From positions 1-54,722 of the IMG/VR virus record IMGVR_UViG_3300017751_000022: a stretch of DNA of 54,722 nt; one strand, written 5' to 3'. The stretch's first letter is position 1. Every line of letters begins with the position of its first letter. The notes under the pieces were generated by a model. The model made no database searches. It worked only from the letters and a program-made list of their open reading frames with translations, and was not told the DNA's origin. This DNA comes from a virus. Taxonomy: Duplodnaviria; Caudoviricetes. Position numbers and translations under genes: made by a program. This document shows, one piece after another, positions 45,801 through 54,722 of this stretch.

Positions 45801-48390
45801 CTGATGCATCAGGAATGAATAAATCATTTGTCTGTTGCTCAAGCATAGAAACAGCAAGTATATCGTATGCCTTATCTACTCTCTTTTCAATGCGTTCAAT
45901 GTCTTTCATCGTGTAATTCTTAACAGTATTTCTCTCAACACGAATAGGATTGGCCGCTGATTTAGATGCGTCCTTACCTGGGATATAAACATCTGCAAGA
46001 CCGAACACACTGCTATTGACAACTTTTTGTGGGTTATCGGCAGGTTGACCCTTTACGAGAACAAATGTCTGTGACTTATCAATCGCAAGCTTATCAATCC
46101 TACCCATATAGTATTCTTGAGATGACAAGATACGTGTTCCTGGCGATACTGCAATAACCTGTGATTCATTCAGTATCAGTGTCCCGTTTGTTTGAATGTC
46201 CGTTGTTGGCGGATTTGCAGAACTTGCTGACGGTGTTGCGCCGCCATCAGCGTAAGGCCTGAAATCAAAACAATTCAATGGGTTATACGTTTGACCATTT
46301 CGACCTGTATATGAACTTATATAATCAGCAACATTTGTAACTGTATCATAACTATTCGGAGAAATATATCCGCCTACAACAGTTCTTCGCAAATATGATA
46401 ATTGTATTTTTAGATTACCTGTTGGCGCTATTTCGCCGTCTTTCTTTTGCATGTATGACACACCAAAATATCCATCCTTCTGGTTATTCTGCAAGACGAA
46501 TCTATTTGTAACATCTACATTATCTGAATCTAAAACCTTGTGTAACCTAACAACATTTGCTACGCCTAACCAAACAGTTCCGTTAGAATTATAAGCACCT
46601 GTAACCCATTTGTTCTCTTCTAAACGTAACTGATCTGGGTGTATACCTGAAACTTCTTCATCGTAATAAACGTAATCGATATTAGTTTGAGAACCAAAGG
46701 TTAAAACAAGGTTTCCGTTAGAGATACTTTCGCCACTAGGGAAAACATATTGATTACTAGCGTTTACAGCAAATGTTTGACCTGTCACGGGAACAGAAGT
46801 AAACCCACCAGTACTACTAGTAGCAGGGACAGTTACACTATTTGTGGATGTGTCAGCATCTCTATAATATCTTGCTCGTCTAATGAACTTGACATCTGAT
46901 ACGGCTTTCATTCCAGATCTACCAGTATCAAAAATTGCTATACCTTCGTTTGCTCTTGCAACTTGAGTTGTTCCCAACACCTGTGTTTTTACGGATGCTC
47001 CACCAAGGCTGATAGCACCGATTTGCATTGCTTTATAAGCATCATACTTTGTGACGCCATATACATAAACTTTTAATTTGCCGTTGCCCATTGCCCGAAT
47101 ATTTCGAATACTGCATTCACCTATTTCCGGATTTGATGCTGATGTTGCGCTACCGTTGACATATAGTTTATATCTTTGTGTGAAATCAAAAGGTTGAATT
47201 GTAGTTGCAATTGAATTATCGTTAACTGCTATTTCAAAGAAACTTCCATAATCAACACCTGTAGATTGTTGTGCTTTCGTATTGGTCGTTTCTGCAGATT
47301 CAATTTTTACACGAGTTTTACCAATGTTGTTTATCTCATATCCAAATGCATATGCTTTACCTGCATCAACAACACAATAAAAATTGCCGTCTGCGTCTTT
47401 TTCAGTAGTAACGTCTAATCCATTAACAACATAGCTGCCTGACTCATCGTCAGTTCTTTTTGCTAATTCTTTTTTGATAGAATTAAATTGAGTATCACCA
47501 CGAACAAAAACTGTTTCGCCACGTTCAATTCTTAACAATGCGAAAAAGTCTTCGGGTCGTTCGGATGTATTATATACTGCGAGTTTCGGTTCAAGTTTTA
47601 ATCTATCTGCGCCAGGGGCGTTTTGATTGTTAAACCCTTGAGCATTGTCAAGTAGAGATGAATCCAATGAAGAATCGATAACACTTTCGACAATATTAAA
47701 TCCTATTGAGATATCGAAAGGTGTAATATCATACTTAGATGCTATGATCAGTTGAGGAGCAACATAATTAAAATGCCCGTGTTGATATATAACACCATCT
47801 GATACACGAACAGCTAGAGATGAACCGACATGTGTGGGATCACCTGTTGTTGCAGTGTCTGTAACAGCAGTAACTGTAACAACGTCTGATTCGACTGTAT
47901 CAGCAGATGCTTTTTTAGAAATCGTTAAAACTTCACCACTAATAAATTGTTTAACATCTGCTAAGCCGCTTTGTGACGTATTCAAATACTTTAAAAAGAA
48001 TGTCTTAAGATTAGGCGCTTCAGTTTCGAAACCATTTGCACCTGCAATGATCTTTGCTTTTAGTCGAGATGTTTCACCAGTAATGAAAAATGATATGTCA
48101 TCAGTTGATGCAAATGCAGTCATATCATCAAGCGAAGTACCTGATTGATCTTTAATTTTAACGAAGTTAACTTCTTTATCAACGGTAGGGTTCACACCCT
48201 CAATGATTGTTCCTTCCTGGAATATATTATTACCAAATCTTTCTATTTGGTTTTGCAGGATTGATTGAAGTTGTGTTAGCTCTCGTGCCTGAACTGCTCG
48301 TGCAGGTTTAAACAGAACACGAATGAACTGTTTAGTTTCATCAAAATCGTCATGATATGGAGCAGTGTTTAAGTTAGTATTAATACCCAT
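42898..48390 (-). CDS. DUF4815/VrlC-like large virion (baseplate) protein (1830 aa)
   Basis: NLNTAPYHDDFD..RVLFKPARAVQARELTQLQSILQNQIERFG, APGADRLK, LAKRTDDESGSY, YTMKDIERIEKR, RFKNGILVDQF, DPLAQTF, terminal DYRAIALT. Confidence 0.88.
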   Translation of the reverse strand: MGINTNLNTAPYHDDFDETKQFIRVLFKPARAVQARELTQLQSILQNQIERFGNNIFQEGTIIEGVNPTVDKEVNFVKIKDQSGTSLDDMTAFASTDDISFFITGETSRLKAKIIAGANGFETEAPNLKTFFLKYLNTSQSGLADVKQFISGEVLTISKKASADTVESDVVTVTAVTDTATTGDPTHVGSSLAVRVSDGVIYQHGHFNYVAPQLIIASKYDITPFDISIGFNIVESVIDSSLDSSLLDNAQGFNNQNAPGADRLKLEPKLAVYNTSERPEDFFALLRIERGETVFVRGDTQFNSIKKELAKRTDDESGSYVVNGLDVTTEKDADGNFYCVVDAGKAYAFGYEINNIGKTRVKIESAETTNTKAQQSTGVDYGSFFEIAVNDNSIATTIQPFDFTQRYKLYVNGSATSASNPEIGECSIRNIRAMGNGKLKVYVYGVTKYDAYKAMQIGAISLGGASVKTQVLGTTQVARANEGIAIFDTGRSGMKAVSDVKFIRRARYYRDADTSTNSVTVPATSSTGGFTSVPVTGQTFAVNASNQYVFPSGESISNGNLVLTFGSQTNIDYVYYDEEVSGIHPDQLRLEENKWVTGAYNSNGTVWLGVANVVRLHKVLDSDNVDVTNRFVLQNNQKDGYFGVSYMQKKDGEIAPTGNLKIQLSYLRRTVVGGYISPNSYDTVTNVADYISSYTGRNGQTYNPLNCFDFRPYADGGATPSASSANPPTTDIQTNGTLILNESQVIAVSPGTRILSSQEYYMGRIDKLAIDKSQTFVLVKGQPADNPQKVVNSSVFGLADVYIPGKDASKSAANPIRVERNTVKNYTMKDIERIEKRVDKAYDILAVSMLEQQTNDLFIPDASGNNRFKNGILVDQFRNLKVADLADSAFNASIDKGATVLTPKVHQFPVDLKVDSGSSNNITSFDDVTTLRQAAQKEELLAQEYATTFRNLASNFYKYKGNVSMFPRFDAEYDVTENPDVTINIDLESPLTDLVDNIQEFVPLTTTTQTNSQTSSAMEGNFRVTTTTDTFRTDTLQMNAFSTQQDLGSYLTDFTMKPYMNSKVIKVAVGGLRPNTRHYFYFDDVPVSVHVAPGGVYENDLTTRSIKATDVFSVGDRGDAVTSDEYGRLFAVFQLPPRTFFVGDADLIISDSDQFGSIESAGTSIAKETYRAYSFAMNTTSIGSDVRSLDFDVGSSTFTTDREVREFVPPPPPPPAPAPAPQTPIRRFFPWTRRWWFNDDPLAQTFSIQPAQAEYASFVFIDELDLWFKKKSPADRRNGVVVQLREVENGYPTAKVLQFGEKHVDWSQITTSDDASTATKVLFDNPVKLEVGKEYAIVIEPDATDPDYFIYTAKVGENSITDESVQISSDWGSGMLFTSTNNKAWQSYQNEDIKFTLYKSVFSTTGGHVDLVPNDMEFINIVNATAGTSTNEFFRNDEYAYALEGSTNSGTLYFSAPSNPDYVNKIVVATSDATILSFSEGDMIQISFATGSVYRHVSVITDISDNANGSGQVVTLREAPVRGTITDDSVVVDIKLAIGGKVSYFNDKQRTTIHIKESTTTATNLFSANQQLIGSISGATADVTSVFNAPVSYMQPFVMQQNTLRTSTELGLFKGPVPADADADTEIGQGIGLHSTTYLTAEQRFIPSRQNLLTEDTTGDVDRFRLRLDLNNGGYRFVTPVIDNALSTIQAYNYTIDDLESNTSKYVSKQIVLDPGVPAHGLKVLLSAFRPTGTVIDVQARFLYPNNPDNYSDWESLVNASTDMFSSSANTSDYREFEYTLTEGDTTDSSGLPFEFFDAFQIKIVLKHSGSSSGTNLFPHVYDYRAIALT

Positions 48391-48406
48391 TTAATTTCTC
48401 GTTCCC

Positions 48407-50269
48407 TTAAAAATCGAAGATCAGTTTGACTTTTTCTTTCGTTGCTTCAGTCCTCGTGATAGGATCAAAATCAACAAAGTGCATCAACTCGCCTGAATAA
48501 GCCTGATATTTATTTTGTACAACTGTATTTATGTTCGCAGATGTTATAGTTATAGGATTTGCTGAATTTAATGTTGGCGTGACAGTAAGAACAGGAGGAT
48601 TTACTACTGTTTCAGATCCTTTGAATTTTACATTATGATTGCCGTCAACATCAACAAGATAAATCTGTGTCGTGTTATCGCCGTAAGTTACTTCATGCAC
48701 AATTCCAGTAACAGTTTGTGTCGAATCAATAACCTGAGTGACAATAAACCCTGCAGCTAAATCAGTAACAGGTATTGTTCCTGTGATATTTATTTTTACT
48801 CTGTTGTCAAAAGTAATGGGCAACATTTCAACTAATCCACCAGCAACAGAAATTGATGGAGAGTCAGCAGTAAATGTGGTTCCTATTTCATAATCTTGCC
48901 CAGTTGTTCCGCCAATTATATTCCATTGTGCAGATGTGCCTGCACCCAAATTCAATACTTTATATTGCACACCAGGAGTAACTTCATTAGTTGCAAATGT
49001 TTTAAAGGTCGGGTTTTTGATTAACCCAACTTTTGAATATACGTTTGTTGCAGGTATTTCGCTATTTGCATCAGAGTAAAAGGTTGATACTGTTGCAATA
49101 CGACTCATAAACAACTCATGAGGTGCATTAGAACCGTGACCACCTTTAGGTGAAGAAATCGCTCTTACGTGAGCTCCCTTTACTTGTTCATCAAACGCTG
49201 GAGGCGTGGATACCGAGGCAGTAACAGAATCGTATTTGGAACCTTTAGTCACAAAATTAATACTCTTTATCGTGCCTTGATAATCTAAAATTGCATATGC
49301 AACTGCTTGTTCGCCGCCGGATCTTGTTGGCGGAGAAATAATAATTTTAGGAACGATTTGACAAGTAGAACTTTGACCCACATCACCTTGAATATCAGCT
49401 GATGTTTTAATGTATATTAATGCTTTATTACTTTGTGCAGAAACAGTGTCATAACCACTATTGATAATATCATACGGTTTTCCGTCTATCAATATATACA
49501 TTCCTTGATATGCATTGTCAGTTGTTTTAACGTCTTGTGTCGATGTGACCTGTAAAGTGAACACAGGATCATCGTCATAATTTGTGTCTCGTGCGACAGA
49601 ATTAATTACACCATTAGTTGGCGTTAGTGAATTTGTTGTCACATCGCCAAATAAATAATCACTAAACGCACCAGTATCAACATTCTCGATAATAATATCT
49701 GATACCCCATCCTTAGCAGCATTAATAACCGATGCATTTCTTAACCAAGGAAGATATTTGCTTGTCCCAAAAAGTATATATTCTGATGCAACAATATCAA
49801 ACATATATTTCCACACATACCCGTCACCAGATATTGTTTCGAATTGTGCATCGGATTGTGTAACTGTTGGAGCAGTTGTCGATACGGCACCGCTATTATT
49901 ACGAATGCATTTAAATACATTGTAATTAGCAGAGTTTAAATCACCAGTTAATACAGTAACATAAAAGTTTTTATTGCTCATATCTTGAGTGTCATCGTAA
50001 GCATCATATACGACACCTTCCGCCCAAGGTTTAATGTCAAACATGTACCTGACATTATCCGAATCTATTTTATTTCCAAATACAACTCTATTTTGGAAAT
50101 CACGTTTCGATTTCTGAGTATTTGTGATTGTATCGTCTTTGGGTGCTGTCGTTTCATTGACAATAGAAGATCCCATGATGTAGTAACAATTTCCCGTGCT
50201 TTGTTGGAACGAATCAAAAAATTCATTCGCAGATTCCAATCTAAAATTTTCAGTTACAACCTTTGCCAT
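48407..50269 (-). CDS. gp8: Baseplate wedge subunit gp8
   Basis: YDAYDD..FYV..NVFKCIRNN..DGYVWKYMF; ISSPKGGHGSN; terminal YSGELMH..PITR..EKVKLIFDF; synteny after gp7. Confidence 0.85.
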   Translation of the reverse strand: MAKVVTENFRLESANEFFDSFQQSTGNCYYIMGSSIVNETTAPKDDTITNTQKSKRDFQNRVVFGNKIDSDNVRYMFDIKPWAEGVVYDAYDDTQDMSNKNFYVTVLTGDLNSANYNVFKCIRNNSGAVSTTAPTVTQSDAQFETISGDGYVWKYMFDIVASEYILFGTSKYLPWLRNASVINAAKDGVSDIIIENVDTGAFSDYLFGDVTTNSLTPTNGVINSVARDTNYDDDPVFTLQVTSTQDVKTTDNAYQGMYILIDGKPYDIINSGYDTVSAQSNKALIYIKTSADIQGDVGQSSTCQIVPKIIISPPTRSGGEQAVAYAILDYQGTIKSINFVTKGSKYDSVTASVSTPPAFDEQVKGAHVRAISSPKGGHGSNAPHELFMSRIATVSTFYSDANSEIPATNVYSKVGLIKNPTFKTFATNEVTPGVQYKVLNLGAGTSAQWNIIGGTTGQDYEIGTTFTADSPSISVAGGLVEMLPITFDNRVKINITGTIPVTDLAAGFIVTQVIDSTQTVTGIVHEVTYGDNTTQIYLVDVDGNHNVKFKGSETVVNPPVLTVTPTLNSANPITITSANINTVVQNKYQAYSGELMHFVDFDPITRTEATKEKVKLIFDF

Positions 50270-50295
50270 TTAAAATATTTCCTAGTATTTGTTTT

Positions 50296-50303
50296 TATTT
50301 ATG
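50296..50303 (-). promoter_or_regulatory. Probable late promoter CATAAATA (one mismatch)
   Basis: Plus strand tatttatg overlapping the gp7 stop, 27 nt upstream of the gp8 start. Confidence 0.55.
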
Positions 50304-53079
50304 TACCTGTGTCATCAAACGCAACTGTTGTCACTTCATTCGATTCAAACAATGTAACAAGTTGTGCCGATATGCCTCTAGTTGCTGAACTCAAACTAGA
50401 CCCATTATTTGTTGCTGTAATTAATGACCCTGCTTGATATGTTTGTGCGGTTGTGCCTGCAAGATCGTTCCATCCTGCACCATCATTTTCAAATTTTACG
50501 ATATAGTATGATTGACCTGTGACGTACCCACCCGGAACAATTAATGCATTAGTCAGACCTTCATATGATTCAGGTTCAGGTGTATTCTCATCTTCTGTTC
50601 CGCCGCCTTGTTCAATTAATAATGCAGCACTTCCACTACCTGATTCTGTTATCACGAGCGCCTGTGAAGTTTCTACCGCTACGATACTGCTATCAATTTG
50701 TGGTTGCACATCATCGATTGTTGATATGAGTGGCGCACCAAACATCTTTGTTCCTGCAACATGGACAGTATCTTTAACTGTTTTTTCATACACTGATGGA
50801 TCTAATATAGAAGATATTTCATATGAATACTCTTGATAATAATCATTGTCACGAATATACCTACCATTATCCGATAAGTGTGATTTTGTCGTTTTCCAAG
50901 ACCCTTCTGTTCTGCCTATACCCCCGACATCAAGTTTTGCTCTTCCTACAAGTTGTTGATATTTAGGATTAGGTATCAATGTAGTCGGTTCTTTATTATT
51001 GACTAGGTTTACAGTTTCGCCTGTCCTATACCTAAATCCTGATTTAGAAACATCAACAGATACAATCCTACCAGTAACAGATCTTGCTTGACCTTCGATA
51101 CTAGCATTTTCACCCATGAAAAGATAATTATCGCTAGTTGTTACTGCTTGAATTTTTAATGTTTCGCCTCTAAACGATATTGTTGAAGCATACGTAGGAT
51201 CACTATCGTTATAAACTCTAAAAGGATTAAACGATAATGGTTTAAAAAAGAACGTATTATCAACACTATCGATAAATTCACCCTTTACTGTAATTATTTT
51301 ATCTAACAATCCGCCAGCATTGTTAATTGATGCATTAGACAAATCCTTAACACGAATAGTTTGTGTCATTATATCACCTGCCGTGATACGTATATTTGAT
51401 TTATCAAACCTTAATCCCAATACACCTTTTTTGAATTTGAGCATCAAAGGATGTTTTACAATTGTTCTTGTATTATTCTTGTAATCAGCACCCGCACTTG
51501 TTACAAGCAATTCTTTAATCGATCCAAATTTTTGATCTGTGATACCTAACCCGTCAACAATTCGTGTTGCTGTCCATGCTAACCCGGAATTTACGTTTGT
51601 TGAATCAGGCGATACATTTACGTAGTCGCTAATCAATGTAGATATAATTCTTACATCTTCTACTTCAGAATATGCACCAATTGAAAAATCTGCAGTGTCA
51701 TTAAATCTTGTCATTGCACTTACTGTGTTAAGTACAGGATTTCCCCCGGAAAAGGTTGTACCTGATCTTGATAATGTAACACTTGTTGTGATTGTTCTGA
51801 TGTCTAAATCTCTTGATTCGAATAAATCTAAAGAAGTTGGTATTGTTGTTTTCGTATTAATCGTATTGCCATCGCCATCAGTTTGATTTGTATCAAGACA
51901 AACAAACGCTGAACTTGCAAGAGCGGCATCGTTCTCGGCAACCGCTTCTACAAAAATATTAGGATGTTCATATGCAATGACAGTCCCTGTACCTAAAAAC
52001 TTAATGTTTTGAATAGTAGTATCAACGTCATAATTACCTGATCCATTATTTGCTTTACCTACTACGTCATTCCCCGCACCAGGTGTTTGCAATGTATCTA
52101 AAGGTTGTATCAGAGGTGTTACTCCATCTGCATCAAATAATTCAGGTCCATCTAATACTAATACTTGAGTTGACTTTCGTATTATGTTGTCAGCATTTCC
52201 TGTAGGAAAATCTACTGGTATATTATATTGATTATTCTCGTCAGGTACGATTCCTTCAGGTACATCATATCCCCACCCACCATCAATCAATTGCCATTCA
52301 ACAACACCTGTCGGAGCAGCATCGATTCCGGTTACGATTCCTTCTCCTTCAACGCCGTCTAAATCACTAACAAATTTAACAGGATCGCCGACTTTATTAT
52401 CTGGCGTAGAAGTATCATTTGTTACTTGTGCTGACGTAATAGAACCATAGATTAATTTGCCTGGGAATGTAACTTGTCCGTTACGTGTAACTTTCAATCC
52501 GTCATCTGAAGTAAACTGTCTGTAAACATTTGATATAAACGCTACAGGAACAATTAATCCGTCAATATTATAGAACACGATTTCATCAACAAATGCTTTT
52601 GCCTTCGAAGTATCACCTTCAATCACATCACCTTTCTGTAGATGATAATTGCTAGTATCAGTAACAGGTATGAGTTCGAGGAATGTTCCAAACGACCACT
52701 TAGAATCTGACAAAGTTAAAATAGAGGACGCCGGATGATAATGTTCAACCTCTACCTTATAGAACATCTTGAATAATAACTCAAGTGCCTCTGGTGTACC
52801 TTTACTTAAATAAAGATCACCAATGTTTTTTACGATGAATGGTATGTCTGCTGTTTCAGGAAGTATTAAATCTTTTAAATATTTTTCTTTATAGTATATC
52901 AGAAACCTTTCTAGTGTCGTATCAATGTCACGTAGTTTAGCAAAGTTCCTTTCATTCGACCCGTCAAGAAAGTCATAATATGATTTTACGAAATCAATAA
53001 ACTCAGGGGCATCGTCACGATAGAAACCAGGAAACTGCGTTTCTATACTAGGCGATACTGTCTTGGGTCGATATTGCAT
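50299..53079 (-). CDS. gp7: Baseplate wedge initiator, gp7-like
   Basis: IETQFPGFYRDD..FIDFVKSYYDFL, DLYLSKGTPEALELLFK, IRDNDYYQEYSYEI..VKDTVHVAGTKMFG; lies between gp6 and gp8. Confidence 0.78.
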   Translation of the reverse strand: MQYRPKTVSPSIETQFPGFYRDDAPEFIDFVKSYYDFLDGSNERNFAKLRDIDTTLERFLIYYKEKYLKDLILPETADIPFIVKNIGDLYLSKGTPEALELLFKMFYKVEVEHYHPASSILTLSDSKWSFGTFLELIPVTDTSNYHLQKGDVIEGDTSKAKAFVDEIVFYNIDGLIVPVAFISNVYRQFTSDDGLKVTRNGQVTFPGKLIYGSITSAQVTNDTSTPDNKVGDPVKFVSDLDGVEGEGIVTGIDAAPTGVVEWQLIDGGWGYDVPEGIVPDENNQYNIPVDFPTGNADNIIRKSTQVLVLDGPELFDADGVTPLIQPLDTLQTPGAGNDVVGKANNGSGNYDVDTTIQNIKFLGTGTVIAYEHPNIFVEAVAENDAALASSAFVCLDTNQTDGDGNTINTKTTIPTSLDLFESRDLDIRTITTSVTLSRSGTTFSGGNPVLNTVSAMTRFNDTADFSIGAYSEVEDVRIISTLISDYVNVSPDSTNVNSGLAWTATRIVDGLGITDQKFGSIKELLVTSAGADYKNNTRTIVKHPLMLKFKKGVLGLRFDKSNIRITAGDIMTQTIRVKDLSNASINNAGGLLDKIITVKGEFIDSVDNTFFFKPLSFNPFRVYNDSDPTYASTISFRGETLKIQAVTTSDNYLFMGENASIEGQARSVTGRIVSVDVSKSGFRYRTGETVNLVNNKEPTTLIPNPKYQQLVGRAKLDVGGIGRTEGSWKTTKSHLSDNGRYIRDNDYYQEYSYEISSILDPSVYEKTVKDTVHVAGTKMFGAPLISTIDDVQPQIDSSIVAVETSQALVITESGSGSAALLIEQGGGTEDENTPEPESYEGLTNALIVPGGYVTGQSYYIVKFENDGAGWNDLAGTTAQTYQAGSLITATNNGSSLSSATRGISAQLVTLFESNEVTTVAFDDTGT

Positions 53080-54722
53080 TATACTGGCCTTGTATTAATT
53101 GTCGTATCGACTGTACGTAATTTGAAGATACGATCCTTAGGTGCCGTGAAGTCACGATTCTTTGTCTTGACACTGATCTTAATTGCATCTCCCTCGAACC
53201 CTGATATAAGCAAATCTTTTAAGATGATGACACCAGTATCATAATTGATAGTACCAAGATCAGTTTTTGCAATAGATCGTAAAGAGTCATTTGCCACAAT
53301 CGCTTGAACAACACCCCTACCATTATCTTGTAATGATACAGTCGTATTATTGATAGTAAACTTAGATGATGTCAAACATGGTTTATAATCAATTGAACCT
53401 TGTGTATCGTTATATGGGTATGGTTTAATTAACTGCTGATTAAATGCGAATGTAGGACTTTCTATCTTATTGACAGCGGGTTGATAATCAATAGTAGGTT
53501 CACACGCAATCGAGATTGATTCAATTGCAGGATTAACGGTTGACAAATCATACGCAAGATCCGATAATGACATTGTTACTCCGAACCTATTTAGATTGAT
53601 TGTATTGTATGCCTCTAGTTGCGCTGAAATCATCGTCTTTAATCCAGCAAGCGATGTCATTATGTTATTACGATTATATGCAACATCGATAGTTGTTTTG
53701 CCGTACATGAATTGTGCGTCTTGGAAAACAGGTTCGATGGTCAAAGGACTTTTTGTTTGAATGTAATCTTTATATAATGCTAGTTCAGTTGCAGCAGCAC
53801 CATCACGACCTTGTACATCAACAGCGATAATTACACGACCGAACGGAGGAGGGGATACTTCGTCACCACCAAACACCGAGATATTTTCTATTTCGGGAAA
53901 CTGCGTCTTAAGCAAAACTTCGTAATCCTTAGCGGTCACCGCACGATTCTGAACCTGAAACGCTTTCGGGGCAAACGATTTCACGCTTTCAACTGATTCC
54001 GCTTCTGCGCCTCCGACAGAGGACGAGGTTGGCGTAATAGTAACAGACGATGCGCCAGGTAAAGAACTCGTGTTAAACGCCTTAATGCCATTCGCTTGAG
54101 TCCCACTTGAAATACGATATTGAACTTCTAATACATCTGAAGCAGTTGGTTGATACCCAAATACAGTTTGTCCAAATTGTATCGAATACTTATCATTCAA
54201 TTCTGGTTGTAAGTAATATACTTTATCATTTTCAGTTACGCCAAACACACCAGATGTAAATCTAAACTCTTGTCCATTTACGAATAAACGAATACTGCGT
54301 GTATCAATAAACGAATTAGATAATGTGGTATTGTTTACATCTAATACTTCGTTAATTGTACGACCTTCGAATATAGCAACATCGTCTACTTCGAATATAT
54401 TAGGGGCAACCTTTGCAGCAATATATGTTTTATTTGTAATGAATGTATATGATGCATTACCACATCTACCTAAGAAGGGAGTCCCACGAGGTATAGTAAA
54501 TGAACCTGCATTTGAAGAACTAGTAATACGTAGTTTACATAACGCCCCTGCTGAACGTCTTGAACGTGGTAAATAATTTAATTCTTTTGCGTGAGATACA
54601 ATACTATTCTTTAACTGCGCTGAATCAAGGAATGTTTCTCCTAGTGTCATATTATAGTATTGCATATTATTATACGCATTATATGCCATAATGTCAACTA
54701 GTACATTTAAGTTTGATCCCGA
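53079..54722 (-). CDS. gp6: Baseplate wedge subunit gp6 (true start lies beyond the window edge)
   Basis: The frame stays open upstream of 54689 (GSNLNVLVDIMAYN); ETFLDSAQLKNSIVSHAKELNYLPRS, GGAEAESVESVKSFAP..QNRAVTAKDY, GTINYDTG. Confidence 0.93.
   Translation of the reverse strand, partial: SGSNLNVLVDIMAYNAYNNMQYYNMTLGETFLDSAQLKNSIVSHAKELNYLPRSRRSAGALCKLRITSSSNAGSFTIPRGTPFLGRCGNASYTFITNKTYIAAKVAPNIFEVDDVAIFEGRTINEVLDVNNTTLSNSFIDTRSIRLFVNGQEFRFTSGVFGVTENDKVYYLQPELNDKYSIQFGQTVFGYQPTASDVLEVQYRISSGTQANGIKAFNTSSLPGASSVTITPTSSSVGGAEAESVESVKSFAPKAFQVQNRAVTAKDYEVLLKTQFPEIENISVFGGDEVSPPPFGRVIIAVDVQGRDGAAATELALYKDYIQTKSPLTIEPVFQDAQFMYGKTTIDVAYNRNNIMTSLAGLKTMISAQLEAYNTINLNRFGVTMSLSDLAYDLSTVNPAIESISIACEPTIDYQPAVNKIESPTFAFNQQLIKPYPYNDTQGSIDYKPCLTSSKFTINNTTVSLQDNGRGVVQAIVANDSLRSIAKTDLGTINYDTGVIILKDLLISGFEGDAIKISVKTKNRDFTAPKDRIFKLRTVDTTINTRPV

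Noticed and set aside
547-54576. Dozens of 60-150 aa ORFs antisense to or overlapping the long genes
   Set aside because: They are shadow ORFs lying almost entirely within well-supported genes, with no recognisable motifs.
1-54722. tRNA, rRNA, CRISPR array, intron, homing endonuclease or transposase
   Set aside because: Intergenic gaps are all under about 75 nt and no such motifs or repeat-spacer structure were seen by eye.
1-54722. Assigning a cyanobacterial host from the phycobiliprotein-like motifs
   Set aside because: No host-diagnostic genes in the window, and these structural families also occur in T4-like phages of heterotrophs.

Overview
A 54.7-kb AT-rich segment of a T4-like (marine-type) myovirus late structural region, almost entirely on the minus strand. 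Transcription order: baseplate gp6 (cut by the right edge), gp7, gp8, a large DUF4815/VrlC-like protein, a small conserved ORF, a fibre with a C-terminal S74 chaperone, a glycine-rich gp38-like adhesin, a ~21-kb six-gene accessory cassette, further fibre/spike genes, three tandem LamG-like proteins, neck gp13 and gp14 (cut by the left edge). The cassette holds a beta-helix protein, two RYQPGR paralogues, an LRR mosaic, a 488-aa gene and the only plus-strand gene. T4 late promoters (TATAAATA) are visible, including a palindromic bidirectional one. Main observations: (1) four phycobiliprotein-like C-x-R-D helical domains in two putative virion proteins; (2) an LRR protein with apparently five levels of nested domain insertion ending in a cupredoxin-like Cu site; (3) a ~75-aa module inserted 10-11 times across six or seven genes; (4) the cassette is bracketed by inward-facing late promoters. 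All family assignments come from motif recognition by eye, not from searches.
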